A stretch of 64,000 bases of DNA from Gemmatimonadales bacterium (GTDB taxonomy: Bacteria; Gemmatimonadota; Gemmatimonadetes; Gemmatimonadales; GWC2-71-9). Under the pieces are notes generated by a model. It searched no databases, was not told where the DNA came from, and was given only the letters and a program-made list of their open reading frames with translations. The stretch is taken from positions 4,420 to 68,419 of the forward strand of contig JBFGJG010000019.1 of assembly GCA_041577295.1 (NCBI GenBank), in the 5' to 3' direction. The first letter of the stretch is position 1, and the number at the start of each line of letters is the position of its first letter. This document shows, in pieces, positions 19,236 to 28,832 of the stretch. A program made the position numbers and the translations under genes.

Positions 19236-19445
19236 GTGGGCAATCAACTCCAGAAACCCCTTAAACGCTCCACAGACGATCGCATGATCGCGGGCGTCTG
19301 TGGCGGCATCGCGAAGTGGCTCGACTGGGATCCGACCGTCGTTCGTGTCGCGTACGTCCTGCTCTCGCTATTCTCGGCCGCGTTCCCCGGCATCATCGCC
19401 TACATCATCCTCTGGCTCTTGATCCCCGAGGAAGGCTACGCCTGA
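19236..19445 (+). CDS. pspC: PspC domain protein
   Basis: RS-x-x-DRMIAGVCGGIA, DPT-x-VR and YIILWLLIP. Confidence 0.93.
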   Translation: MGNQLQKPLKRSTDDRMIAGVCGGIAKWLDWDPTVVRVAYVLLSLFSAAFPGIIAYIILWLLIPEEGYA

Positions 19446-20254
19446 GTTACGTGGCGCACTTTGCGCATACGAGTGAGCACCCAGCCTCCCGCTAGTAGCA
19501 GGAACGTCATGAGGACTGCACCCGTGATCCGCGCGGGGAGGCTGGCCAGGCTCGCGTACGTCTGCATCTGCCCGTCGGCCGCGATGACGCGGATGCGCGG
19601 ATTTCCCGCGATGCCGTCGAGCAACGGCAGACGTCCCATGATTCCCGTCGGTCCCCAGTAGTTGCCAAACCGTTCCAGCACGTACACCGCGCCGTCATTG
19701 ATCGCTATCCCCGTTGGGAACCACAGCCCCCGGCTTCGGGCAATGGTGGTAACGTGACCTGCTGGGGTCACTTTACGGACGCGATGGTTGTCATAATCGG
19801 CCACGTAGAGATTGCCAGATCCATCGACGCTAAAGGCCACCGGCCTGCGGAATCTGGCCTGGTGGCCGTTGGCGTCGCGAAAACCCGGCTCCGCACTCCC
19901 CGCCAAGATGACCACCGAGCCATCGGTCCGCCGCATGAGTATCCGGTTGCGATCGATGCGATATGCCGGACCTGATATCGCACCGGTGAACACCGTGTCC
20001 GGAAGATATCCTCCCTCGGGAAAGTCGACGGAACCGTCTGGTCGCACAAACAACACGTTGGTGTGAACACCCCGTGCGATCGCGGTGAGGCGGCCATCGG
20101 CCTCCACTCGCCAGACGATGTCTCGCGCCGTATCGCAGAAGTACAGCCGGCCGGCGTCGTCGAATACGATGGCAGACCCAACGTGCGCTTCCGCGGGCGA
20201 GACGACCGCCGCCGTCGCCAGCAACACGCCGAGGACGTGAATGGACCGGCTCAC
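19436..20254 (-). CDS. Exported NHL-repeat protein with C-terminal TM anchor
   Basis: Signal peptide AEA|H; ARF-x-x-P...D-x-x-GNLYVADYDNHRVRKV; C-terminal hydrophobic helix followed by basic residues. Confidence 0.82.
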   Translation of the reverse strand: MSRSIHVLGVLLATAAVVSPAEAHVGSAIVFDDAGRLYFCDTARDIVWRVEADGRLTAIARGVHTNVLFVRPDGSVDFPEGGYLPDTVFTGAISGPAYRIDRNRILMRRTDGSVVILAGSAEPGFRDANGHQARFRRPVAFSVDGSGNLYVADYDNHRVRKVTPAGHVTTIARSRGLWFPTGIAINDGAVYVLERFGNYWGPTGIMGRLPLLDGIAGNPRIRVIAADGQMQTYASLASLPARITGAVLMTFLLLAGGWVLTRMRKVRHVTQA

Positions 20255-20688
20255 GCGAGCATCTCGAGCAGCCCTAGGAGTTCGTAGGTCTTGGGCGTCA
20301 GCTGATCGTGTACAGCTCGTTTCTTGAGCGCATTCGGGGGAACGAGTACGAACCCCATGCTCTCGGTCAGCACGGGTTCGAGACGAACGTAATCATCGAA
20401 ATCGATGGTCAGGCGATAAAGGTGGTACACGGCGTCCGATAATCCCACCTCGTGCCGCTTGGGTTTGAGCTTGCGCGCTCGCTTAGCCAGAAGGCCACTG
20501 GCTTCTTCCTCAGCAAGCTCCCGGACGAGGCCATCAAACGGCTTTTCTCGGGGCTCGATATGGCCGCCCAAGAGCTCGAGCCTTCCGTGCTTGCGCATCC
20601 CTGGCGCCTGCTTGCGTGAGAACAACAGAAGGTCGTTCTCCCCTCGAACTGTGACGAGCACCTTGGCCACCTCCGGCAAACGCCCCAC
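20251..20688 (-). CDS. NUDIX hydrolase
   Basis: GGHIEPRE-x7-RELAEE Nudix box. Start set to GTG 20688 (GGAG upstream), just after the stop of the upstream small gene. Confidence 0.75.
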   Translation of the reverse strand: MGRLPEVAKVLVTVRGENDLLLFSRKQAPGMRKHGRLELLGGHIEPREKPFDGLVRELAEEEASGLLAKRARKLKPKRHEVGLSDAVYHLYRLTIDFDDYVRLEPVLTESMGFVLVPPNALKKRAVHDQLTPKTYELLGLLEMLA

Positions 20689-20693
20689 GCGTC

Positions 20694-20894
20694 TCAGCGC
20701 TCCAAGCAAACGCCCTGTGGTCCCGATACGTCCGGACCGCAGCTGAGCGAACAGCACTCGAGATCCCCGATACAGCGTTCACCGGTGGACTTGCACACTG
20801 GGTTGGTTCCGGCGATGTCGCATCCGGCAAGTCCGGGCGAAACGAATGACACCACACCCAACAACAGAGCGAGCGAGACGCGTCGTTTGCGCAT
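20694..20894 (-). CDS. Small Cys-rich lipoprotein with knottin-like C-C-CC-C-C framework
   Basis: MRKRRVSLALLLGVVSFVSPGLAG|C lipobox, then C-x6-C-x5-CC-x3-C-x10-C. Fills the gap between co-oriented genes. Alternative TTG start at 20921. Confidence 0.72.
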   Translation of the reverse strand: MRKRRVSLALLLGVVSFVSPGLAGCDIAGTNPVCKSTGERCIGDLECCSLSCGPDVSGPQGVCLER

Positions 20895-20917
20895 CCGGTG
20901 AGAGCGATGGCGTTGGA

Positions 20918-21703
20918 TCAAAACCCTGCCGTAATGCCGGTCTTGAGGGCCGTGTCGAGCGATCGCACGTCGTCGGGTGGGCGACTGTCGTATCGCAGAT
21001 CGAACGAGACTAAGAGCGAGATACGCTGGCTGACTGGCACCGTGAGGTCGACCTCGGACAGGTTGCGCAAATCGCCAAAACGGTCGATTCGAGGCTGCAG
21101 GTAATTGATGGCGGTCAGGACGATGTCCCGCCCGAATTCGACCCGCACCGACACGTAATTACTCCAGCGGCTGACGTTGGTGGTGCGGGGATGTTGCGCG
21201 CCCAAGGGCAGATCGAGACGCTCGTGCTCGAACATGTAGGCCGAACCCACTCGGATCTGGGCGGTTTCTGCCGCGAGCAGGCCGATACGGACCCCGCCAC
21301 CGACCAACCAGCGAAGGTCGAGCCGCTGCGGCTTGTTGTAGTTGACCTGGGCAAAGGCCTCCGGTCCGAACCGCGGACGCACCCGGTATCCCTGTCGGAG
21401 ATGGACCAAGGCTGCGTTTGAGAACCGATCTCCGCCCTGAAAACCTAGGTCGCCATTCACGATCAATAGTGTGCTGCTTCTCTCCGAGTTGTGATCCAAC
21501 CTTCCGCGAAGCGTAAACTGCACGATATCGACGTTGCCCGTGCGCACCGAGAGGTCGAGTCCGGCGGTGCCGGAAACCCCAAGCGCATTCTCGTCGGGTC
21601 GCAGACTCTCGATGTTGACCTGTGCAGCGGCCGGGCCCGCATTCGCGACGAGGAGAGTTACGATTGTCGTCCAGCGCACGGTGCTGTTGGCAGCTCGTTT
21701 CAT
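20918..21703 (-). CDS. DUF481/YdiY-like outer-membrane beta-barrel protein
   Basis: Signal peptide AAA|QVNIE; TGN, E-x-F-x-Q, R-x-L-x-GGG-x-R, Y-x-QP, YDS-x-PP and terminal Phe. Confidence 0.8.
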   Translation of the reverse strand: MKRAANSTVRWTTIVTLLVANAGPAAAQVNIESLRPDENALGVSGTAGLDLSVRTGNVDIVQFTLRGRLDHNSERSSTLLIVNGDLGFQGGDRFSNAALVHLRQGYRVRPRFGPEAFAQVNYNKPQRLDLRWLVGGGVRIGLLAAETAQIRVGSAYMFEHERLDLPLGAQHPRTTNVSRWSNYVSVRVEFGRDIVLTAINYLQPRIDRFGDLRNLSEVDLTVPVSQRISLLVSFDLRYDSRPPDDVRSLDTALKTGITAGF

Positions 21704-21915
21704 GCACGAATGATCAACCGAAGAAGCGGGACAGGTGCCTGAGGAGGGCCAACATAGTGGGCACGCGTACGACGCACAACACGCTTTACTCCAACTGGTG
21801 ACGTGACACTGTGGGCAGAGGGCGAGGGGGAGACTCGTCACTAAGTGTGTGTGACGCAGCCACATCAGCTGCGGTTGTTAGGTTCGTCACAGCTTGAGCA
21901 GACCGTCCCTGTCTA

Positions 21916-22968
21916 TTGTCGCCCCCGACTGGAGCGCAGGGAGGTCTGAAATTGTCGCTGAATCGTGAGCAAAAACTCGCCGCTTGGACCACTCCGCTGA
22001 ATGGCATCTTGTGCTTGGCGCTCGTGTTGGCATGTGAGATTCCCGAGCCACCGGATGCCGTTTGGGTACACATTCCCGAGGGAGCCTCGCTTGAAGCGGT
22101 TTCGGAATCCCTTGCGACCCACGCAATCGTGTCATCGGCTGCATCCTTTGCGCGGTTCGCGCGGATGGGCCAGAAGCACTTGGGAATCAAGCCTGGCACC
22201 TACCCCTTCCGCCCGCGCACTCCGATGGGCAAGGTGCTCGGTGCCCTTCGCAAGGGCCGTCCCCCAGTCCAGCGGGTCGTGGTCCGCGAGGGGGGGTGGT
22301 TAGATGAGATTGCCGCGACGGTCCAGCAGCGGATGGGGATTCCTGCTGAGAGCCTACACGCAGCGGCTCGGGATTCCGCGCTGCGCTCCATCGCCGGCAC
22401 TCGGGGGCAGAACGTCAATGGGTACCTGTTCCCGACCACGTACTACGTCCCAGTCCACGCGTCGGCACACGAGGTGCTTCGGCAAATGGTCGACACGTTC
22501 GTGACGCGCTGGCGGCCGGAATGGAATGCGCGGCTCGACACGTTGGGGCTCAGTCGCGATGAGCTCGTAACGCTTGCGTCGATCGTCGAAGGGGAATTAG
22601 TCCACGGGGGCGACCGCGGCGAGATTGCGTCGGTCTATCACAACCGGCTCGCGCGCGGGATGCGGTTGCAAGCTGATCCCACCGTTGTCTACGCGTTGGG
22701 TAAGAGACGACGGCTCTACCACGGCGACTATGCGGTCAAATCTGAATACAACACCTATCGCTTCAACGGGCTGCCGCCCGGTCCGATCAATCAGCCATCG
22801 CTCGGCAGTTTGGAGGCGGTGCTCTATCCGCCCGATACGGAGTTCCTCTATTTCGTGGCGCAACGCGACGGTCGGCACGCGTTTTCACGGACCTACAAAG
22901 AGCACCTCCGGTCCATCAGGGAAATCCGTGGCAGACGGGTGAAGCCAAAGCAGGCGGCCGGTCAGTGA
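21916..22968 (+). CDS. mltG: Endolytic transglycosylase MltG
   Basis: GYLFP-x-TY, LASIVEGE, V-x-x-NRL-x-x-GM-x-LQADPT, YNTY-x-x-x-GLPPGPI and LYFVA. Start uncertain. Confidence 0.93.
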   Translation: MSPPTGAQGGLKLSLNREQKLAAWTTPLNGILCLALVLACEIPEPPDAVWVHIPEGASLEAVSESLATHAIVSSAASFARFARMGQKHLGIKPGTYPFRPRTPMGKVLGALRKGRPPVQRVVVREGGWLDEIAATVQQRMGIPAESLHAAARDSALRSIAGTRGQNVNGYLFPTTYYVPVHASAHEVLRQMVDTFVTRWRPEWNARLDTLGLSRDELVTLASIVEGELVHGGDRGEIASVYHNRLARGMRLQADPTVVYALGKRRRLYHGDYAVKSEYNTYRFNGLPPGPINQPSLGSLEAVLYPPDTEFLYFVAQRDGRHAFSRTYKEHLRSIREIRGRRVKPKQAAGQ

Positions 22969-23022
22969 TGCCAAATCGATAAGGGATAGGCAAGGGGGAG
23001 CGCATCCTCGCCGTCAACCCTC

Positions 23023-24201
23023 TCACGGCTCACCACTCCGTTCGAAGCGAGACAGGCGATACTCGCGTAGCAGATCGACCTGCGTATCGTCGAGAATCTC
23101 CACGGCGGCGAGGTGCCCGATGAGCGGTGCCAGGGTAATGCCACTGTGCATGACTGCGAGATAAACGTCCGGGGCTGCGGGTGAGAAGCCGACGATGGGG
23201 TACTCGTCCACCGGTAACGGTCGCCAACCCAGGGTCACACGCTCCAGCGGGATATTGCGGAGTTTGGGTAGGAACTTCGCGGCGTCTTCCAGGATGGTCT
23301 CTCCCCGGTCGCGCGAGGCTTCTGTGATTGGTGTGCCGCCAAAGCTCGAGCCGGCAACAATGCGGCCGTCGCGCTTCTGCTTGAGGTGCCCCCCAGGAGA
23401 TAACACGACCCTGCCGATGAGTCGGTCCGCGGGTTGCGTGTGCGCAAGCAGTCCGGGCGAGTCCTTGAGTGGAACCGTGAGCCCCGCCATGGCCGCGAGG
23501 CGCGGCGTATCGACGCCAGCGGCGATCACGACCACGTCGGCAGGCTGATCTCCGTTCACCGTGCGCACGCCGCGCAGCTTTCCCCAACGGATGTCCAGAC
23601 CGGTTACTTCGGCCGGGTACTCCACACGCGCTCCGGCCCTCCGTGCTTCCGCCAGCAGCAGTTCCGTTGCGTGGACGGGATCGATGCTTCCCTCGTGCTC
23701 CGCAAAGGCCACCGCCAGCGCATGACCGGGTTCGACATTTGGCTCGAGGATACGAAATTCGTCCTCGTCGATGAGCCGAACCGGATATCCCAATGCTTGA
23801 TGGCGCAGTACGTCTTCCCTTAGTTGGGCGGCGTGGTCCGGTCTCCCAAACCACTGCAGGCTACCTCCCCACTGCACCTCGAGTTTGCTGTCGAGCTCCC
23901 GCTCGAGGTGCCGGTACGACAATGCGCTGAGCCGATTCAATCGATGATAGTGATAGGGCTGCTTCGAGAATGTAGCGTTGATCCAGGCAAACGAGTTGCC
24001 AGTCGCACCGGCCGCTGGCTGCTCCTTCTCGAACACGATCACCTCGGCGCCACGACGGGCAAGATGCAGCGCGACGGAAGCACCGAGGATCCCCCCGCCC
24101 ACCACCACGATTCGACGGGGCCGCGGCGTGCGCAAACGCCATCGAGGCACACCGGTGATGGCCAATCCGCCGAACAGCTCGATGAATTGGCGGCGTTGCA
24201 T
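23023..24201 (-). CDS. Tat-signal FAD-dependent oxidoreductase (DAO/glycine oxidase family)
   Basis: MQRRQF Tat motif; VVGGGILG, GAT-x-NSFAWIN, RPLP-x-D and HSGITLAP. Confidence 0.9.
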   Translation of the reverse strand: MQRRQFIELFGGLAITGVPRWRLRTPRPRRIVVVGGGILGASVALHLARRGAEVIVFEKEQPAAGATGNSFAWINATFSKQPYHYHRLNRLSALSYRHLERELDSKLEVQWGGSLQWFGRPDHAAQLREDVLRHQALGYPVRLIDEDEFRILEPNVEPGHALAVAFAEHEGSIDPVHATELLLAEARRAGARVEYPAEVTGLDIRWGKLRGVRTVNGDQPADVVVIAAGVDTPRLAAMAGLTVPLKDSPGLLAHTQPADRLIGRVVLSPGGHLKQKRDGRIVAGSSFGGTPITEASRDRGETILEDAAKFLPKLRNIPLERVTLGWRPLPVDEYPIVGFSPAAPDVYLAVMHSGITLAPLIGHLAAVEILDDTQVDLLREYRLSRFERSGEP

Positions 24202-24350
24202 TGGCGTCCTTCCTCGTGGGGACGGAGTTAAACGACTGGGAAGTGATACGCGCACTAGGCGAGCCCGTCAACGAGAGAGTGGCGCTCACGAAAATCGACC
24301 ATAGATTGGCGCACGTGCGCGTCCTCGGGCCTCGCAATCAGGAGACCATC

Positions 24351-25472
24351 ATGGACCGTCGAGACTTTCTCTTTACCGGTACCGCCCTTGGGGTGTTGGG
24401 GTTGAGTGGAGTGCGCCCCGCCGTCGCCGTCCCAGCGCTCCCCAAACCCCGTCCGTCGGACACGCTGCTGCTGAATTCCAACGAGAACCCGCTGGGCCTG
24501 TCCCCCGCGGCCCGAAAGGCCGTCATCGACGGCATCGCCCAGGCCAACCGTTACCCAGACGACTCCGAGAATCGACTCCTGGAGACGTTGGCGATCACCA
24601 ACGGAGTGACGAAGGACCAGATCGTCCTTGGGGCGGGATCGACGGAGGTCCTGCAGATGCTGGTGCAGGCCACCGCCATCGCAGGTGGGACAGTGATCAT
24701 GCCGAATCCCACCTTCGAAGACGTGGAACGTTATGCAGCCCCGTTTCCCGCGAACATCGTCAAGATTCCTCTCGACGACCAGCACGCGCACAACATCGAT
24801 CAGATGCGCGGGCGAGCCGAGCGCGCTGCCCGACCCGTGCTGGTGTACATCTGTAATCCCAACAACCCAACGGGTACGGTCACGCCGTCGCGGCTGATCG
24901 ATGAATGGATCGACCAGGCGCCGGGCGCCACGACGTTTCTGGTGGATGAGGCATACTTCGAGTACGTCGATGACCCGCGGTATTGGGCCAGCCTCCGTTG
25001 GGTGGCGAGCCGACCCAACGTCGTGGTGGTTCGCACGTTCTCGAAGATCTATGGCATGGCGGGGTTGCGGGTTGGCTACGGGATCAGCCACGCCGAGACC
25101 GCCGCGAAGATGCGCAGGTTCATCAGTGGCAACAACACGAATCACCTGGGTCTCGTGGCTGCACTGGCGTCAATGGGCGACGCGGAGCTGGTGAGCCGCG
25201 GCCGCGCCAGCAACACCAAAGCAAAACAGATCCTCCACAAGTCGCTCGAGCAGCTCGGGCTGCCGTACATGCCGAGCAATACCAACTTCGTCATGCATCG
25301 GATCAACGGTGATCTGGAGACCTACATCCGTCGGATGCGTGAGCGGGGCGTCCGCGTTGGGCGTCCGTTTCCTCCTCTGGTGGGTTACAATCGCTTGTCG
25401 ATAGGCCTGCCCGACGAGATGGAACGATTCAGCCAGATCCTGCGGGAATTCCGTAGCAAGGGATGGATTTGA
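24351..25472 (+). CDS. Tat-signal PLP aminotransferase class I/II (HisC-like)
   Basis: MDRRDFL Tat motif; NENP, NRYPD, CNPNNPTG, DEAY and RTFSKIYGMAGLRVGY; AGGAG RBS. Confidence 0.92.
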   Translation: MDRRDFLFTGTALGVLGLSGVRPAVAVPALPKPRPSDTLLLNSNENPLGLSPAARKAVIDGIAQANRYPDDSENRLLETLAITNGVTKDQIVLGAGSTEVLQMLVQATAIAGGTVIMPNPTFEDVERYAAPFPANIVKIPLDDQHAHNIDQMRGRAERAARPVLVYICNPNNPTGTVTPSRLIDEWIDQAPGATTFLVDEAYFEYVDDPRYWASLRWVASRPNVVVVRTFSKIYGMAGLRVGYGISHAETAAKMRRFISGNNTNHLGLVAALASMGDAELVSRGRASNTKAKQILHKSLEQLGLPYMPSNTNFVMHRINGDLETYIRRMRERGVRVGRPFPPLVGYNRLSIGLPDEMERFSQILREFRSKGWI

Positions 25473-26518
25473 TTCGAGGAAATAGAGGGGGTAGTTCTCC
25501 GTATCTGCGGATGGGCGTTTGTATGTTCCTGACGCTTTGCGGGTGTGGCTCTGGTGAAGAACGACCGGGCGTTTCCGAGAGCGGGGAGCTGGGGGAGGTT
25601 CGGCTGTACGCGGTGGATCGGTACGAAGGTGTTTTCCAACTCGATCCGCATACGCTGGCCGTGCTCGATACCATCGAGACCGGCCCGAGGCCGCACGGCA
25701 TCGTGGTCTCACCGGACCGCCGCTACCTCTACATTAGCGTGGAGACGAGCAATGAGTTGCTGAAGGTGGACGTAGCGACTCACGAGATCCTCGCCCGCGT
25801 GGACGTGGGACCGGTTCCCAACGAGCCCACCATCAGTCAGGACGGGCGGCGCGTCTTCGTGCCCCAACGCGGCGGTGACCAAACGGCCATTGTCGACACG
25901 GAAACCATGCAGGTCGTGAAGACGCTTCCCGCGGGCCGTGCGCAACACAACGCGTATACGTCGGCGGACGGCAGGCACGTCTACGTCACCTCAATGGGCG
26001 ACAGCCTCCTCACCGTCATCGATCCCAAAACGTTGGAGATCAATCGAAAGATTCACGTTGGCGGCATCCCACGGCCGGTGGCGCTGACCAAGGACAACAC
26101 GCGTGCGTATGTCGCGCTCTCCAATCTGATTGGGTTCGTGACCGTTGATCTTGCCACGGATCAGGTGGTCCAGCGTCTCGAGTTGCCCATTCCCGCGGGA
26201 ACACCACCACCGCCGCTCGATACCTACACGCACGGGGTGTTGCTCACGCCCAACGAACGGGAGCTGTGGATCGCCGTCTACGCGACGGACAAGGTGCTCG
26301 GGTTCACGATGCCCGAACGGGAGCAGTTCGCGGACGTTACTGTGGGGGGTGGACCCCACTGGTTCACGTTACACCCTGACGGGGAGCCGCTGTACGTGAG
26401 CCTCGAGCGGGGTGGGAGCGTCGCCGCGATCCATCGCGGTCTGCGTGAAGTGCTCACGAAAGCCATCGTCGGTCAGGCTCCCACCCGTATCCTAGCGTTT
26501 CGCGTTCCCGTCGAGTGA
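25463..26518 (+). CDS. YncE/YVTN beta-propeller lipoprotein
   Basis: Repeated G-x-x-PH/PN...S-x-DGR-x-x-YV blades; LCGC lipobox-like sequence. The true start may be ATG 25511. Confidence 0.85.
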   Translation: MDLIRGNRGGSSPYLRMGVCMFLTLCGCGSGEERPGVSESGELGEVRLYAVDRYEGVFQLDPHTLAVLDTIETGPRPHGIVVSPDRRYLYISVETSNELLKVDVATHEILARVDVGPVPNEPTISQDGRRVFVPQRGGDQTAIVDTETMQVVKTLPAGRAQHNAYTSADGRHVYVTSMGDSLLTVIDPKTLEINRKIHVGGIPRPVALTKDNTRAYVALSNLIGFVTVDLATDQVVQRLELPIPAGTPPPPLDTYTHGVLLTPNERELWIAVYATDKVLGFTMPEREQFADVTVGGGPHWFTLHPDGEPLYVSLERGGSVAAIHRGLREVLTKAIVGQAPTRILAFRVPVE

Positions 26519-27366
26519 ACATTCGCGTCGTCTCGGTCCCTTACGACTCGGGGCGGCGCAGCTTTCGCATGGGCCGTGGCCCGGAGCATCTCGTTCGAAA
26601 CGGGTTGCTCGATCGCCTCGAGACTGCCGGTCACGCGATCGACTTTCGGGAGATTGTCATCGACGAGCCGAGGGTTCCGTCCGATATTGGCTCGGCCATG
26701 GCGCTCAACCGCCTGCTCGCTAATGCGGTCGCACCCCACACAGTTGCACTCGTTTTGGCCGGCAACTGCATTACCAGTCAAGGGGCCCTCGCCGGCCTCG
26801 GCTCCAAGGATCTTGGAGTTGTCTGGTTCGACAGCCACGGAGACCTCAATACGCCAGACTCGACGACCAGCGGATTTCTCGATGGCATGGCACTGTCGGT
26901 GATCGCCGGACGCTGTTGGAAAGCGGTCTCGCAAACGGTGAATGGGTGGGTTCCCGTCGAGGAAAGCCGCATCGTGCTGGTTGGTGCGCGTGACCTGGAC
27001 CCCCCCGAAGAGGCCTACCTTCGTGCATCAGCCATCACCCACGTGCCCACCGATGCGATCCTCACCCAAGGCGTCCGCGCGGGCCTGTCATCGGTGTTGG
27101 ATGCGTTGGCCGAGCGCGTGTCGGCGTTTTACGTCCATCTCGACTTGGACGTCATCGATCCAGGCTCGGCCCGGGTGAATGAATATCAGGCCTCGGGTGG
27201 GTTGGACGTGGACACACTTCTCGAGTGTCTAGAGTTGATTGCCGCCCGCCAACCGGTGTCCGGTGCAGCGCTCACAGCCTACGACCCGAACTGTGACGAT
27301 GACGGCCGTGCGTTGCGGGCGGCGTTTCGTGCGGTGGAAGTGTTGGTAAACGGCAGCCGAGGGTAA
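26515..27366 (+). CDS. Arginase/ureohydrolase family protein (atypical ligands)
   Basis: WFDSHGDLNTP, GARDLD and HLDLDVIDP. The usual GGDH reads AGNC and HGM reads DGM. Confidence 0.88.
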   Translation: MNIRVVSVPYDSGRRSFRMGRGPEHLVRNGLLDRLETAGHAIDFREIVIDEPRVPSDIGSAMALNRLLANAVAPHTVALVLAGNCITSQGALAGLGSKDLGVVWFDSHGDLNTPDSTTSGFLDGMALSVIAGRCWKAVSQTVNGWVPVEESRIVLVGARDLDPPEEAYLRASAITHVPTDAILTQGVRAGLSSVLDALAERVSAFYVHLDLDVIDPGSARVNEYQASGGLDVDTLLECLELIAARQPVSGAALTAYDPNCDDDGRALRAAFRAVEVLVNGSRG

Positions 27367-27395
27367 CAGGAAACTCGGCCTTGCGACGGCTCAGG

Positions 27396-28706
27396 CTAGA
27401 GCTCCGACGAGTCGAGCGCGAGTAGCGTATTGAGGAGCACGTTGGCCCCGTTGACCAGCCCTTCGGCTTTTGTAAACTCCCGTGGCGAGTGGCTGATTCC
27501 CCCCACGCTCGGCACAAAGATCATCCCGACCGGAGCAATCTGCGCGATGCTCTGAGCATCGTGTCCCGCCCCGCTGGGCATCCGCTGATGGGTGAGAGTG
27601 AGATCGTCCGCCACCCCATCGATGATCTCGCGGATTCCGGGATCGGTGGGCGCGGGCGGTGTGTTGATATCGGTATCGGTGATGGTAAATCGCGTGCCAC
27701 TCGCGCTTCCGATGCGGCGCGCCTCAGCCTCGATCTCGCGAAAGAGTCGTTCGATCTTTGCGGCATCGAGGTCCCGAATCTCGAGACTGACCGTGACGCG
27801 TCCCGGAATCACGTTTGGCGCGCCAGGATGTGCCTGGATACGGCCAACCGTCCCCACCTGACGGCCCGGGACGCTGGTCACGATTCGATTGACAGCCTCG
27901 ATGAACTTCGCTGCGGCGAGTAGCGCGTCCCGACGCTGATCCATGGGAGTGGTGCCGGCGTGGTTCGCGAAGCCCTCGATCTGGACATTCCACCAGCGAA
28001 TGGAGACGATGCCTTCGACGACCCCGATGTCGATCCCAAGTCGGTCCAGCTCCGCTCCTTGCTCGATGTGCAACTCGAGATATGCTTTGACGTCCCCACG
28101 CTTGCGGACCGCGGCTTGGAGGCTGTCCGGATTCCCTCCGAGGACCCTGATACCCTCCCGGATGGTCGGACCGTTTTGGCTGCGCTGGTCCAGCACAGAC
28201 GGTGGCAACGTGTCCACCATGAGGCTACTCCCAATGAGACCACCCTCCTCGTTTTGAAAGATCACGACGTCGATGGGGTGGCGGGTGCGAATCTCACGGT
28301 CCATGAGCGTCCATGCGGCCTCGAGTGCACCCATCGAGCCAACGTTGCCGTCGTAATTCCCGCCATCCGGAACCGAGTCGATGTGCGATCCGATGAGAAG
28401 CACGGGAAGCGTGTTGTCACGACCGACGCGCCTGCCCAGGATATTACCGGCCGCGTCGATGCGGACATCGAGTCCGGCCTCGTGCATCAGGTCCATGACG
28501 AAGCGTCGGCCTGCGATGTCGGCGTCACTGTACGCGACGCGAGAGACCCCGCCGGCGGGTGTCTTGCCAAAGGCCGAGAGCGCCTGAAAGTGGCGAAGGA
28601 GCCTTTCGCCATTCACGCGAACAGGCTCCGCATCTTGCTGACGGTGCTCGATGAGCGTGAACCCTGCCAGCGCGGCGAGCGTGCCGCCGAAGTCGCGTCG
28701 ATTCAT
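27396..28706 (-). CDS. Tat-signal M20 Zn amidohydrolase (allantoate amidohydrolase / N-carbamoylase family)
   Basis: MNRRDF; GSHIDSVP-x-GGNYDG, NEEG, ELHIEQG, NHAGTTPM, SGAGHDAQ and GISHSP. Confidence 0.93.
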   Translation of the reverse strand: MNRRDFGGTLAALAGFTLIEHRQQDAEPVRVNGERLLRHFQALSAFGKTPAGGVSRVAYSDADIAGRRFVMDLMHEAGLDVRIDAAGNILGRRVGRDNTLPVLLIGSHIDSVPDGGNYDGNVGSMGALEAAWTLMDREIRTRHPIDVVIFQNEEGGLIGSSLMVDTLPPSVLDQRSQNGPTIREGIRVLGGNPDSLQAAVRKRGDVKAYLELHIEQGAELDRLGIDIGVVEGIVSIRWWNVQIEGFANHAGTTPMDQRRDALLAAAKFIEAVNRIVTSVPGRQVGTVGRIQAHPGAPNVIPGRVTVSLEIRDLDAAKIERLFREIEAEARRIGSASGTRFTITDTDINTPPAPTDPGIREIIDGVADDLTLTHQRMPSGAGHDAQSIAQIAPVGMIFVPSVGGISHSPREFTKAEGLVNGANVLLNTLLALDSSEL

Positions 28707-28832
28707 GGCGCATACAGTATGGGCTAATTGGCGTTGCGTGCAAGCGCGTCCCGATGGTAACCTTGGCACGGCGTCTCTAAGCTTCTGAACGGGCGCTCTC
28801 ACCAAAGCCCAAAATCGCTACGCTGCGTCAAG

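Noticed and set aside
24351-25472. Assigning the gene symbol hisC
   Set aside because: It has a Tat leader and no his operon context, so histidine biosynthesis is unsupported.
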